Assembly: GCF_000143415.4 (NCBI RefSeq)
Contig: NW_003314351.1
Coordinates: forward strand, 56,431-120,430
From: Selaginella moellendorffii
Lineage: Eukaryota; Plantae; Lycopodiophyta
Length of the DNA stretch: 64,000 nt
Direction of reading: 5' to 3'
Shown: positions 51,887 through 64,000 of the stretch, piece by piece
Position numbering within the stretch: the stretch's first letter is position 1
How the letters are laid out: every line of letters begins with the position of its first letter
Program-made: the position numbers and the translations under genes
The notes under the pieces: model-generated
The model's input: only the letters and a program-made list of their open reading frames with translations
What the model was told of the DNA's origin: nothing
Database searches by the model: none

Positions 51887-54084
51887 ATGGTGGACATCTA
51901 TGAGCCGGATAGCCGGCGCCATGCCCAGGGCCACCACGGCCACGAGTTTGGCGACGATCCATATCGCTATGACGGCCAGCGCGCGTGGATCCAGACCAAG
52001 CGGGGCTATATCATGCACAAGTTCAAGCAATGGACGGCCTCTCCATCCGCGAATTTGCTATGGCGGAGCTCCAGCTCCTTCGATGCATTCTTGATCGCTG
52101 CCGCTGCCCAGGTACTGGAAAATTCTCATTGATTCATTGATTGATCTTGGTGTTTGGATTGAATTGGATTTCTTTGTTTTGCTCCATCTTGTGTGATCTT
52201 TCTTTCTTCTCACTGGAATTTTCCATCTTTGCTTTCCTTCTTCCCCCATTCTATCCAAGATCTTTGGATCGTTTCACTGCAATTTTTTGTTGGATTGATC
52301 GAGAACTATCTTGGGTCTTCTCTTTTTTTGTTCCAGATTGGACAAGCGCTCACGCTCTTGCCTCAAACTCTGGCTTTCATGGGATATGGATGGGGTGTGT
52401 TCTTCCTCATCCTCTACGCAGCCTTTGGTTCTTGGGCAGTCTTCTTGCTCGTTTGGCTCTATCTTGAGTATAGAATAAGAAATCAAAGAGAGGCCAGGGA
52501 TGATCTTCAAATGGGCCACATCCTTCAGGTAAATTATTACTATCCATGATTAAAAAGCTTAGTCTCAAATCTTTCTCCTTTCTGCAAATATTATTCGCAC
52601 TCTTTCACAACTTTGCTTTTGCTTTGTGTTTTTTATTTATTTATTTTAATGTTTTCTTTACTAACTTAGCTTTGATCTTCATTTTACCAGTACCATGAAG
52701 TTATTTACGGTTTAACCGGGAGATACTTGGGAAATTTGACACTCGTGTTTAACATTTTGGCTCTCGCAATGGCTGGTGTTGTTCAGCTCATCTCCTCCGC
52801 AAGGTAAGGTTTTTATCTCAAAAAAAATCCTTTTTTTTATGAATTAAATCTTTGAAAGAGTTCTCGATGAAACTTACGATTGATCTCTTGCAGCAACTTG
52901 CATTACCTCAACTCCAACGTGCACAAACGCGAGTGGCAAATCTTGGTTGGAATTCTCTCACTTTTGAGCGTTTTCATGCCCGGTTTTAGCCACTTTCGAT
53001 TTGCTGCTTTCATTGGTGTCCTCACGACTACGATCACAGCAGTCTATCTCGCGGTGGCTGCTCGAACAAACGGCCAGGTTCTCGGTCAAATTCCAATTCT
53101 CAAGCTCAAAAGAACTCTTTTTTCTTTCCAGGAGTTTGGAATCACTCACCGAGGAGCTGGAAACATGAGAGAGTTCTTCACGGGTGCCACAACCATCTTG
53201 TTTGCGTTTGGAGGACATGGTATAACTATGTGAGTTCTCGCAATTCTAGAGTTTGTTCTTCTAACATATAGAAACTTACTTGATCTTCTAGAGAGATTTT
53301 GGAAGCCATGCATTCGCCGGAGAAGTTTGGATTTGTCTACCCGCTAGCAGTTCTTTACATCCTCGTTCTCTCGATCGCGAGCTCCACCTCGGTCTACTGG
53401 GCTTACGGCGACGATCTCTTGGAAGAATCAAACGCTTTCGCCGTGCTGCCACCTTCGCACTGGAAGAGATTTGCAATCTTCTCCATGTTTGTACATCAAG
53501 TAAGCCAGCTTTTTTTTTCGATTTCCTCCACAGGTTTCCAAGTTTTACGCGAAACGTTTGCTCGATCTTTCCTTTCTTTCTAGAGCATTGCCTTCATCAT
53601 CTATATGTACCCTGTGTTCCTCGTCGCGGAGAAGACGTTTCGCGTCCATACGCGTCGATTCGCCTACAAAGTTTTGGCGAGATTGCCAGTAGTTCTTCTC
53701 GTGTGGTTCGTGGCGATGGCGATGCCTTTCTTTGGGACGATAGCTGCCGTGTTTGGATCTTTGCTCGTTTCCATCAGTGTCTACTTCATACCACTTCTCG
53801 CGTTCTATCTGGCTTACAGAGACAAAGAAGCCCAAAAGGTGAGAAAGAAAAAAAAGTACCTCTTTCTCGGATGATTTTAAGCTGTTCTATTCTTTCAGGT
53901 GTCTGTCGTCAAGCTCTCTTTGCACTATCCGATTTGGAAGTTTTTGTTCCTCATAAATGCTCTGATCATGGTGTGGATTTTTATCATCGGCTTTTGTGTT
54001 GGAGCTTGGGCAACCATGAGTCAATTTATCCGAGACATCCACACCTATGGTTTCTTTGATAAGTGCTACCAGTGTCGACGATAG
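51887..54084 (+). CDS. Divergent AUX1/LAX-like auxin influx carrier (AAAP family)
   Basis: Colinear with AUX1: LYLEYR, HILQ|YHEV, FFTGAT.ILFAFGGH, EAMH.P.KF, LARLPVV; ends TYGFFDKCYQC. Confidence 0.85.
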
Positions 54085-54257
54085 CATTACCAGAAGAACG
54101 CGTTAGATTTTCGTGTAGAAAAAGAGCTTACCAACGTTTCATCGATCACGCGAAGTTTAGAACTCAGTAGAAAGAATAAGAATTATGATAATTATGTATT
54201 CCATGAAAAAAAAGATGGAATGAAAGAAATACCACGTACAGTTTTTTCTTTTGTTTC

Positions 54258-55466
54258 TTAGACTAGACGAGACAAGTACTCGTCCACTGTGGTGTATTTC
54301 ACATCCGGGTAGAGTTTCGCCGTGTCGTACTCGACATCGAATCCGTATTGATCGCCTTGGACGAAAATGCAGTGAGTGATCGCTGAGAAAAGGTTATTGG
54401 GGAATGGAGTTTCTGAAAAGAGAAAAAAGATTTTGGTAAACTCGCTCGGACCTCCAGAAAGGAAGAGACATGACTTTACCTTCTATGGTCTTCAAGATAG
54501 CTTCCTCTGGCACGTAAGACTTCTCCAGGGTCTTGCCGATCTTCTTCTCCCAGAGCTCCACAATCTCGTTCTGGGACACGATGTTGGCCGGAGGACGGAA
54601 GTAAACCACCTGGTTGAGCGTTCTGGGATCCACCGCGGACTTGATAGTGTAAGTTCCAATATCTCCTTCCTCGACGATGACCACTGCCAAAAGTTTTCGA
54701 TCGATCAAGAACTATGAGAAAGATCCATGATCATATATACATACATTTGGTGTTTCCATCTCCCCAGATGGTAACTTTGTCTCGTGGCGGCGAGAACTGT
54801 CCGGGCTGAGCCAAGTTTGCCAAGAAGTAGCCGGCGAAAGAGTTGGTTGAAACGTATGTGTGAGGGATCCCGGCCTCTTCAATGGTTTTCCGAAGCTGGA
54901 GCTTGAGACCAAACATACCCTGTAGAACCGGGTGGATTTTCTTGGCCACGGCCGGATTGTTTCCAAATTCCGAGGGAAGAAATCTCTGAGCAAAGAAAAA
55001 ACCAAGATCATCGATCAATCTATGGGAATAGCAAAAAGGGAAAAAAAAACCAAGAAGCCACAAAGGGGAAAAGAAAGGAAAGGAGATCAATTACCTTTAC
55101 TGTTCCAGCCTCCTTGATCGCTTCAATGACTTTGTACTGGTCGTGGATCTGTGCAGGGCCGACAGCCGAGATGACAATATCGGCCTGCTTGATCGCGGCC
55201 AGGAGACTGGCGTAATCCTCGAGAGACCCCTGGATTCCAAAGGAACGCCATCAAAATCGGGGCGAAATTTCGAGGATTTTCTATCTTACATGCAAGATCG
55301 TGGCGCCGGACGCCTTGATCGAGTCGAGGAACTCCGCCTTGGCCTTGTCCTGGCTGGAGGAGGGGCGCACGAAGACGAAGGTAGGGTAGCCGAGCGCGAT
55401 GCTTGCCTTGGTGATGTACTTGCCAATGTAGCCCGTGGCGCCAAGGATCAAGATCTTCTCCGCCAT
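54258..55466 (-). CDS. Isoflavone-reductase-like (PIP family; PCBER/PLR-like) NADPH reductase
   Basis: ILILGATGYIGK, RFLPSEFG, DIGTYTIK..DPRTLN, LYPDVKYTTVDEYL. Confidence 0.93.
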
Positions 55467-55649
55467 AGCTAGCAGGAAATTCTCGCGATGGACGAGGAAT
55501 CAATCGAATCGACCGATCGAACGGCCAAACTATCTCTCTGGGCTACGCGATGACGCAAACATATAAAGCCCTGGCCATGGCGATCGATGGTAAAGAAGAG
55601 TGGAATTTTTACCAGGTCCAAGGGGGATGAACCGGTGAACATGTAAGTA

Positions 55650-55853
55650 GAACAGTCAACATCTTCCACCTAACAAGCTTCCCTCTCGTGCTCGGTTGGT
55701 CAACAGTCAAGGCATCCACCGGTCAACGTCCCTTAGAACCTTCCTCTGGTAGCTACATGGAAACTAAAGGTCAGAAGTTTCACTGACGTTTTTACCCTTA
55801 GATAAGATGGAAAAGTCAAACAACGGTAAAAAAACTCAGCTTTTACTTGACTA
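55650..55853 (-). promoter_or_regulatory. W-box cluster plus AC element (ACCTAAC) upstream of the IFR-like gene
   Basis: agtcaa/ggtcaa at about 55654, 55698, 55705, 55721 and 55814; ttgact at 55848; cacctaac at about 55667. Confidence 0.5.
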
Positions 55854-58800
55854 AAACGTCCGAGAGTATTTCTTGATCTCGTGCATGATCGACGCGACCG
55901 ACACGAGATCCTTGCTCAGCGCTTCGGCGCCATCGATGCGTTTGATGCAATCCGAGAGGCGGGTGTAGTAGAGGAGGAGCTGCGTGAGAGCGGCGCGGAG
56001 GATCTCCATGCCGCAAACCAAGTTGCTGAAGGAGGTGATGAGATCCTTGTGCATGAGCTCGATCGCGGCCTTCCACCGCTCGCCGAAATCCTTGACGAGG
56101 GGCTCCACTTCCTGGACGGTCACTGGAGATTGCGGCGGTGTGCTGGAACTCGATTCCTCGCCAAGAACTGGAAATGCACTGGGTAAAGTTACTGAGAAAA
56201 ACTAATAGTGATCTTACCACCACGCGTTTTGACGAACGATATCAAGGCTTGGAAATGCTCCCGAAGTAAATCTTCCTGCGGAGTGTCTCACGCGATCAGT
56301 GCGTAGGATTCATGAAAACGAGGAACTTACCACAAAAACGGTCGTGCTGCTCTTGAGCAGCTCCTCAAACTGTTGCTGCGTTTTGCCACCATCAACACCC
56401 ACTTCCTAGAGACGAGGACGATTCACTTAGTAGATTTTTTGTACGATTTGAGAAAAAACTCACCCTTAACACGGCCAAAACCATGTCGTAGTTATTAATG
56501 AGAAAAACTGTTTGCTGCTTTTGTTTCTTGAAAACACGAGCCAGTTTCACGAGCAAGTCATCGATAGCAACTCTCAAGCGTTCCAGGTTCAGCTCCAGCT
56601 GTTTAGAACGCCGCAAGAGTTAAGAGGCCAAAGAATGAATTAAATTTCAACCTGGGTATCCCCATGTTCAGTGTTGATCTGGAGGAGTGATGCGGTGAAT
56701 TCTGCGTACCTCCGCATGACATAGTGAGAATGCACGTCATCCTCCCACAGTGTCCTCACGTTTGCGGTCCGAAGGCTCACTAAATGCATATCAAAAACTG
56801 CCTTGAACCGTGGCCAGATGAGGATATTCAACTGTTTACAAGTTTGTTACAAAAGGACTAAAAAGAACAGGGCAGCGAACCTTATCAAAATAGGCATCTA
56901 GACATGGTACTCGTCTCCGGGACATTATCAGCTGCAAAGTCAAGGTGACAAGTGTATCTTTTATTTAAAAAACTTACCTGATGCTGGTATGTTATTCGTA
57001 TCATCAATTTTAGCCCAATAGCATCATAGCAATTGATTAGAACCGCATTCATATGATCCTCAATAACGGAGAATGGCCCTGCAAAACATACAACGTCATT
57101 ATCAAAAACGGCTTTTGAAATGACAATTTACAAACCAGTGAAAATTTCAGAAAAGATAGCATCCTCCCCAAAGAAGTTGCAGCAGAACAGATATCTGCAG
57201 TAAATAAATTATAAATGAGACTTGAAATAAAAATTTTACTCTGATGTCGCCGTGTCCATGAGAAGCTTGTGAAGGCTGCGAAAAAGAACTTCATATGGAA
57301 ATTTGGAACCACTGGCTTCTGCAATGTGGGGAATGATTGCCGGTTGATCAATTTCCTACATAAAAAAGCGAAAGTTTAGGCCTTCCACAGAAAGTCTTGA
57401 CTTACAGACCTTAAGCACGTTAGCACGGTCCCCAAGCGCGAAGACAGCCGATTTGTTTTTCATGTTTTCACGACCCCGGGAAAACATACCAGCCCGCTCT
57501 TCAACACCGATTAAATCGTTCCTCGTAGCGATGTCTAGCTGCAGCTTTTCTAGAGACTGAATGTACGTTTTGAAATGCGCACTCAACACCTGCAGGACAG
57601 GAACGTGAACAAATAGGAATTCAAAGTTAGCTACAACCTTGTTCATCGTATCTATGTATGCCGCCCGAATTTCTTGATAAGCCTCCTTTCCATGATCACG
57701 TAAAAAAGTAGCCAGATATCTGTAATGCCCCTGAGTATGAGAGTTTTGTAAAACACGTATCAATTCAAGTTAAACGAGCTAAGACAGAGAAAATAAACTA
57801 CATACTTGTATTTGAGAAGAACGTTTTGCTGCAAGATTTGAATGTTCGTCTTCGGCTTTCGTAAGGCATATATCCTCTGGATAATGTAATCACGACCCTT
57901 GAAACAAACGAAATATCAGCTTTTAGAGAAACAAAAATGCATGTTTAGGTACCTTCGCTACGGATCTTAAACGTAGTTTTTCAAATTCAGGTTCAACATC
58001 TCGCAGAGCGGCAGAGCCCTTAGCTCCAGGATCCTCGGCGATAAACTGGAGCTTTCTGCTTAAAATCTGAAGATTCCGCACAAACTCTTCATTGACCTGC
58101 CAAAATAAAAACCACCAAGGAGAAAGAAATAAGAAACAAAAAAATTATCATAGTTCGCTTATAAAAACAAAATACCTCTCCATCCACAATAGCATCAATC
58201 ATGTTTGGAGGAAGAACAATCTCTTCCAAGAACCTAGCCAGCTTAACTTCTGCAACCTGTATATGGTACTTCAGACAAAGCACTTAGAATGCAGAGGAAA
58301 ACCAACCTTTCTGTTTCGTAGCTTAAGTCCCATAGTCATAGATTGCTCCTGGAGACTCCTTATTTCGGAGCTGATGGATCCGAGGTCCTCCTAAAGAATG
58401 CGAAATCATGTCTCCAGAGTGTACTGTAACAGTCAAGTACCTGAAAACCTCCAAGAAGCGATTCCATGTGTGTCAAAATGGAGTCACACTCCCGTATTTG
58501 AGCGTGGAGAGACATCAGGTTATCACTCTCTTTGATGTAGTCCTGTGAAAGCAAAAAATCATGAAAAAGAGAGCACGAGAAACTAGATGAAAGAAGTACC
58601 TGTATAGACTCGAGCTCCACTTGACGAAGCTTTTCCTCCACATCGCGAGCATAAGCTCGTAGTTCGCTTCCTTTTCCTAGTATGTTGACGACCATCTATA
58701 AGAACATAGACATAAATCACAGTAATGCGTGGTTTTGTTCTTGGCATACCTCTCGGCCTTGGTAGCTCTCTAGCTCCTCTTGCAAACCCTCTAGCGAAAT

Positions 58801-59234
58801 ATCCTCACTGCAATTCATACCATAAGAAGAACAATCCCAGGATCGAAGATTTCCACAAGGATACCTCTCGAAATCCTCGCCAAATGTGAGATCTCCAGCC
58901 GTGGCATTGAGATCAGCTGCTTGACTCTGAGGCTCTTCCAAATTCGCAGCCTTCTCATCCTGGAATCAATGCAGATCTATCCATCGATCGCAATAGGGTT
59001 GAAATTTCAAGAGAGGAGAGGAGAACTAACCGAAGAAGCGAAGAGCGGTGACGCAAACAGCTTCTCGATCGCGAACTGGGAGAGCTCCTCCGCAGTAGGC
59101 ATTGGACGATCGGCATCGGCGGAGGACGCCGTGTCAGCGCTCCCTTCCTCGGAGTCGTCATCGATCGCCGGGAGCTCGAGCTTGGCGGAAGCTCTCCTCG
59201 CTGCCTCTTCCACCACAGCACTCCCGGCCTCCAT
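55851..59234 (-). CDS. VPS52: Vacuolar protein sorting 52 (GARP subunit)
   Basis: QDYIKESDNLMSLHAQIRECDSIL, KTNIQILQQNVLLKYK, LIWPRFK, FLINNYDMVL, LTQLLLYYTR; ends IKKYSRTF*. Confidence 0.95.
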
Positions 59235-59381
59235 TGCCTTGCCCTGGATCGAGCTCCTGGAACTAAGATTTCACTTTCTACCGGGGTTCGATTCTCTCTA
59301 GCTGCGACTAATTTGCCCCTCTCTCGCTTTCAAAATTTAGGGTTCTTCGTTTTCCAGGAGAGGGACTTTGATAGATCGACC

Positions 59382-60557
59382 ATGGCGACCGGTGGCGGAC
59401 AGGTGACTGTGGTGGCGCTGGACAAGGCGCTACCGGCGACGCGGCTTCTGGAGAAGCGGCGCCTCATGTTCCAAGTCCAGGAGGCGCTGGAGCGGAAGAA
59501 AGTGGAGTTTGCGAGGTATTTTCTCTTGATTTTGCGGTGGAATGCATCGAGATTCCTGGCATTGCAGCAAAGAAGACGAATTGACGAGACGAGAAGAAGC
59601 CCTCCGGATCAAAGACCGGGAGTTACAGGATTCTCTCATTGGATTCTCTAAGTTCTTGCAGGTACTTGGTTTTTTCTTTTCCTTCTTTTTCCGCCTTCCT
59701 TGATCGATCGTTGGCATGTCTGTAAGTTTGCAGGAAAATAATATCAAGCGGATTCGTGCGGAGAAAAAGGCAGCTGATGAGATTCGTTTACAAGCAGAAA
59801 AAGTGAGGTTACTCTCTCTGGGAAAAAATGTGTGCTAAACTCTCGTGACATGGTTTTAGGAAGCAGAGATCAGACAAATCGAGACCAAGATAGAGCAGCT
59901 CCAGAACGAAAAAATAGCCACGAAGAACGCTCTTGGAAGAATGATGGCTTATCAAAAGTACCTCGAGACCGTTGTTGAGGTCGCGGAGGAGTATCACGAA
60001 GTCAATGATCTTCTACTAAGGTGATCAACATGGCATTTGTTTTCTCCTTGATACTCACCATCTCCTCTCCAGGTACTCTACGTTGCTAAGTACGAACGAA
60101 GATCTTCGAACGCATGTTGAGCAATGCACAGATACCATTGAAGCGCTGCGGGCAGAGCTGCAAACGTACTACAAGTCCGCAATCAGCGAGATCCTCAACC
60201 TTGAAAACGATGTCACTCTTGCGAAACAAGCGTACGAAAGGAAGAAGCATGAGACGGCTGAGATGGAAAAGAAGATGGATTCGATTTTGCAAATCTCTGC
60301 TGCAAAGACACTCGTCCGGGGACAGGTTTGCTCCAGTATTTCATTTTCTTTCCGCCCTTCTCATTCTGTCTTTCGTGCAGGCTTGCATGGCGGCTGAAAA
60401 TCTTTTCGGCCGAGTATGCCATAACTCGAGAATAAATCACGTTCCACAGTCAAGCCCTTTGAGGCAACTGGATGTTGTTGGCGACTACGTTTCGGACACC
60501 AATGCAATAATCAAGGCTGTTAAAGCTGGTGCTTTGAAGAAGGACGAGGTGTTTTAA
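59382..60557 (+). CDS. CCDC42: CCDC42/CFAP73-like (DUF4200) cilia/flagella coiled-coil protein
   Basis: PATRLLEKRRLM..VQEAL, LQDSLIGFSKFLQENNIKR.RA.KKA, YQKYLE.V.E. Confidence 0.85.
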
Positions 60558-61259
60558 ACATTCGGTGGCGCGAGGAGAAGTAAGATCTTGTCGTGCTTTG
60601 AAACTCTCCTTCATATGTGCTCACACATATGTAACAGGTAGTGCACTCACTTCTGCAGGAATTTTTTCGTGTAAGCTTTTGTTGATTGGGTTTAACTGTA
60701 TAAACTGTGCAGCTGGGATATTTTTCTCCTTGCATGGGTAATGAATTTTGCGAGCTTAGCTGATCACAGTTGCGCTGCGCTATCCTCGCAACTACAGCAT
60801 TCTTCCAGCTGCCGTGACAATCAGAAGTCGTACTGGTGTCATGTGCAACACGAGGTTTGTTTTCTAGTCTACAACATCCCATCTAAATTGGATTTCCATT
60901 GTCCACTATTGCAGATTTCACTAAAGTTCCTCGCTCAGACAAAAGTTCTCATGTTCTCGTGTAAACTCGTCATTCGGTTCTTGAAGGACGGACCGATCCT
61001 AGACGGAAGTTTGGCTTGGTTCGTTCATTTTCCCAAAAGGACACGCAAGGCAAGATTGGGAATGCAATTCGCTGCTTTCGTCAAAGCAGAAGTTTGCTTA
61101 GTCCTTTCTTTTCTACTGTTTCACCGCCCGCAACCACAAGCCGTGCAGATCGGAGGGATCATTGCGTTTTTAGGGCATTACATGAAGGAACGAGCGCTCC
61201 CACCATCAAAATAGTTGCCTCGCCAAATACAATTTCAAGAAGATAATCAATAGTTTCAT

Positions 61260-61900
61260 TGAGCTCCTACCATGTGGTTGTCGGATTTGAGGATTTCGCC
61301 ATGGATTATCATTCGAAGTCGAAGGATTGGGAAACTAGAGACGCCATCCTTTACGGGATGGATGGCGCTTGCTTACAGGTTTGTATTGACCGTGAATGCC
61401 CCGACCTCTTGACTATCATCAGGTATCTGCACGGCTCCCCCTCGACCTAAATCCGGGGAAGGACTCTCGTCAGTGGATTTCCAACAGCTAAAGTCATAGC
61501 CTCGCCGCCAGCCTCGTCCCGATCCTCCAGCCTCCCACACACGAGCCCCAGCACGCACGCCACGAAAACAAACCTGTGTCCCGCTGGACCGACGGAGGAG
61601 AAGGCATGATCAAGCTGAGCACTGCCCTGGTTTTTGAGGAGAGCGTCCACTGAAGGATACAAGAGCAAGGGGTGACCACATTGTAGCACAACCCATGGCT
61701 CTGGATCTGGATCTCCGGCAGTTTTGCGAGCCACAGCTTCCCTGAGGTGTTGCGAGTGTGCAAGGTTGCTTGCAGACGCGCCCGGCTTTAAGGATTATAA
61801 CTGCTGGCTCGAGGTGAGACAAATATGTCGAGCACCAAAATCGGCCAGAGCATCAAACTCTCCCATGCTCTTGAAACAACAGATGCATCTCTTCATTCAC
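61260..61900 (-). pseudogene. F-box protein pseudogene
   Basis: ...CCFKSM (eroded F-box end) and FVFVACVLGLVC...LAVGNPLTRVLP (F-box-associated motif), with in-frame stops. Confidence 0.6.
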
Positions 61901-62314
61901 TCCAATTTTAGTTTTCTTTATCCCTTTTCTCTATCTTGATATAAACTAACAATATAATTGTAACTCTTGCTCTTAGATCATACATAATACTGAAAACTTG
62001 AAAATTTTCACCATTGTCCCAAAAAACATCCTCCTCTCAAACTAGATATATGGTAAGTCATATGTAACGCTAAGAATGAATATATAATGGAAAATATTCA
62101 GTAGAATCTCTGTTTATTCCTTGTGGCCATAAGGTATGTGAAAGGCATAAATTTCTAACCATTGGATTGAAGAGGCATATTCTAACATATCCTTAATCCA
62201 GGTTGAGAGTGAATTGTGGGAGTTCATTGTGAGTAGCTAAATTGTCATACTAGAGTGCATTTTTGTTTGAGTTTGATATCCTTCACAATCCTTCAATAGC
62301 TATTTCAATATATA

Positions 62315-62950
62315 TTCCTGTTGGGACTTCCCAATAGGAGATCCCAACATGAGATTTCCCAACAAGTTTTTCCCAATAGATTTGCTTTGATTACATGGCC
62401 ATGATGTGGCAAGCTAAATTGGCCATGTCAAACAGTCCTTCCACAATAGAATGAAATCTTCAACCTGCCAGAATGAGAAATTTTTTTCCTTTTGATGGGT
62501 TGAAATCTTTCCCAAGCTTAATTTGTTTTTGCCAAAAGGGATGGAAAATTGTCCTATTGGGAAAATGAACCCCAACAAGGCTGCCCATCAAGACTTTTTT
62601 TTCCCAATAATATTCTGCTGGGAAGATTTTTCTTCTAATAGAGCTCTCACGGGGAAAATTTCCCACCCGAAAGATGCTTTTCCCATTGAAAGTATTTGTG
62701 GGGACCTCCCAACAAGTCTATTTACCTGCCCATTGATAGAAATTTTTCTAATGAGTATTGATGATAGGTGAATGTTCTCAATGGGAATTAGAAATATTCT
62801 TGACATGATGGTTTTTTCTTCCTATTGGGAAAGCAATTCTTAACAAGCCAGATGCTGTCAGGAAGAAATTAATTAGGGTTTTTGCTGATGGATGTTTATC
62901 GGGAGAGCTTCCCCAACAAGCTTTTTGTCAAGTCAAAAGAAAATTCTAGT
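62315..62950. mobile_element. Subterminal repeat array of a decayed CACTA-like DNA transposon
   Basis: More than 12 direct and inverted copies of TTCCCAAYA / TRTTGGGAA. Confidence 0.55.
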
Positions 62951-64000
62951 CCACAAAGCCCTCAATTTAAACAATAAAACTATTAGCTATGTTTTATATG
63001 GTTTTATTCTTACAAGTTGCAAACTCATTTACAATTGATTTTAGTATTTCTTTTGCTGGCTATAGGATCAATTAAAGGTTATTTCACTAGTAAACGGTAT
63101 AAAAGAGTGTCAAATATGCTACTAACAATCTTGAAATTTGACTAGAGTATTGTTCAAGGATTGCTAACTTCTCACAATCTCATAAAAAATGATTTTATGA
63201 GTAACATGAGTGATAAATACTATGTAGTAAAGAAGGAATATGTTCTAAAGATTTACTCATGCTAGCCAGATGCAAATGCACAAGTTAAAGTGTAACATTC
63301 TCTTAATTTTTACTAACTTGTATAGCATTTGTTATTGTAAGTTAATAATATCTTAATCCAGAGTTCAAAAGATTCAATTCAATGGAGGAGGCCAAAAAAT
63401 TCATATAAGGGCTAACACCAATCAAATTTAATTTAGTTGCTACAACCCTAATATTGACCAAAGTACCTTAATAACCTTGATTTCTACCTCAATTATGTCG
63501 ACTTTAACCTCTGGAGAAATTGTAGTAATAGATGATATCAAAGTTGCTCTTGCAATAGTAAGTCACATTCTTGCCCAAGCTACAATTGTGGCTCTCCAAC
63601 TTCTCCCACTCGAATGTTAAATAGTCCTTCAGCTTCTTGAAAATATGGATCTAGGCATCTTTGAGCCATACCATAAAGCCAGTGGTCTTTGCCAAACTCT
63701 TCTCCACAACCATTGTTGTCAACTTGAAGAGTTTGTACATGTGATTGTGAATTTATAGTCATATACCATGCGTTTTTAGGGGTTCTTTGTCTTTAGCATC
63801 TTCACTATACACAATAAATGCAAAGAATTACCACAACCATAGATGTAAAAGCTAGTTTCATCCAAGACTTCTAAGCAAAGAAGATAGGTGTCACTTAGGA
63901 CTATTGTAATCTATATCTCTTGGAAAGGTGTTGGTTGATGCATTTGGCTTAGAGTAGACACTTTTCAATTGCCTTTTGACAATCACCTCTAATGAGCAAG

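Noticed and set aside
62315-62950. CRISPR-like array
   Set aside because: Eukaryotic context; units are short, irregularly spaced and in both orientations.
63086-63093. CACTAGTA as a transposon terminus
   Set aside because: No adjacent subterminal repeats on the inner side, and no partner end or TSD identifiable.
63400-64000. Transposase fragments
   Set aside because: Short broken frames with no motif I can recognise.

Overview
This is eukaryotic plant nuclear DNA with very high gene density, introns mostly 45-70 nt, PLS-type PPR genes with 31-aa repeats, and a flagellar gene (CCDC42-like). The combination suggests a compact genome of a plant with flagellated sperm, most plausibly the lycophyte Selaginella (inference). 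Positions 1-15.6 kb are an accessory mosaic of gene fragments: three eroded partial copies of the NUP107 gene found intact at 42.7-47.0 kb, two PPR pseudogenes, an alpha/beta-hydrolase fragment and a LINE 3' end. The same region holds a three-copy orphan family of about 6-TM membrane proteins (one copy intact) and a highly divergent, possibly SWEET/MtN3-fold membrane gene. Positions 16-60.6 kb are a conserved core: plastid TPI, EB1, LRL bHLH, 4CL-like ligase, BTB/POZ, DUF810/PATROL1-like, an SF1 helicase pseudogene, a GPI-anchored LTP, an alpha/beta hydrolase, Elongin B-like, P-class PPR, NUP107, PLS PPR, KARI, a divergent AUX1/LAX, an IFR-like reductase, VPS52 and CCDC42-like. Positions 61-64 kb hold an F-box pseudogene and a decayed CACTA-like transposon end. 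The best novelty candidates are the orphan membrane family and SWEET-like gene, the divergent AUX1/LAX-like permease, and the BTB gene with a W-box array plus 3'UTR introns. All homology calls come from recalled motifs, not database searches.
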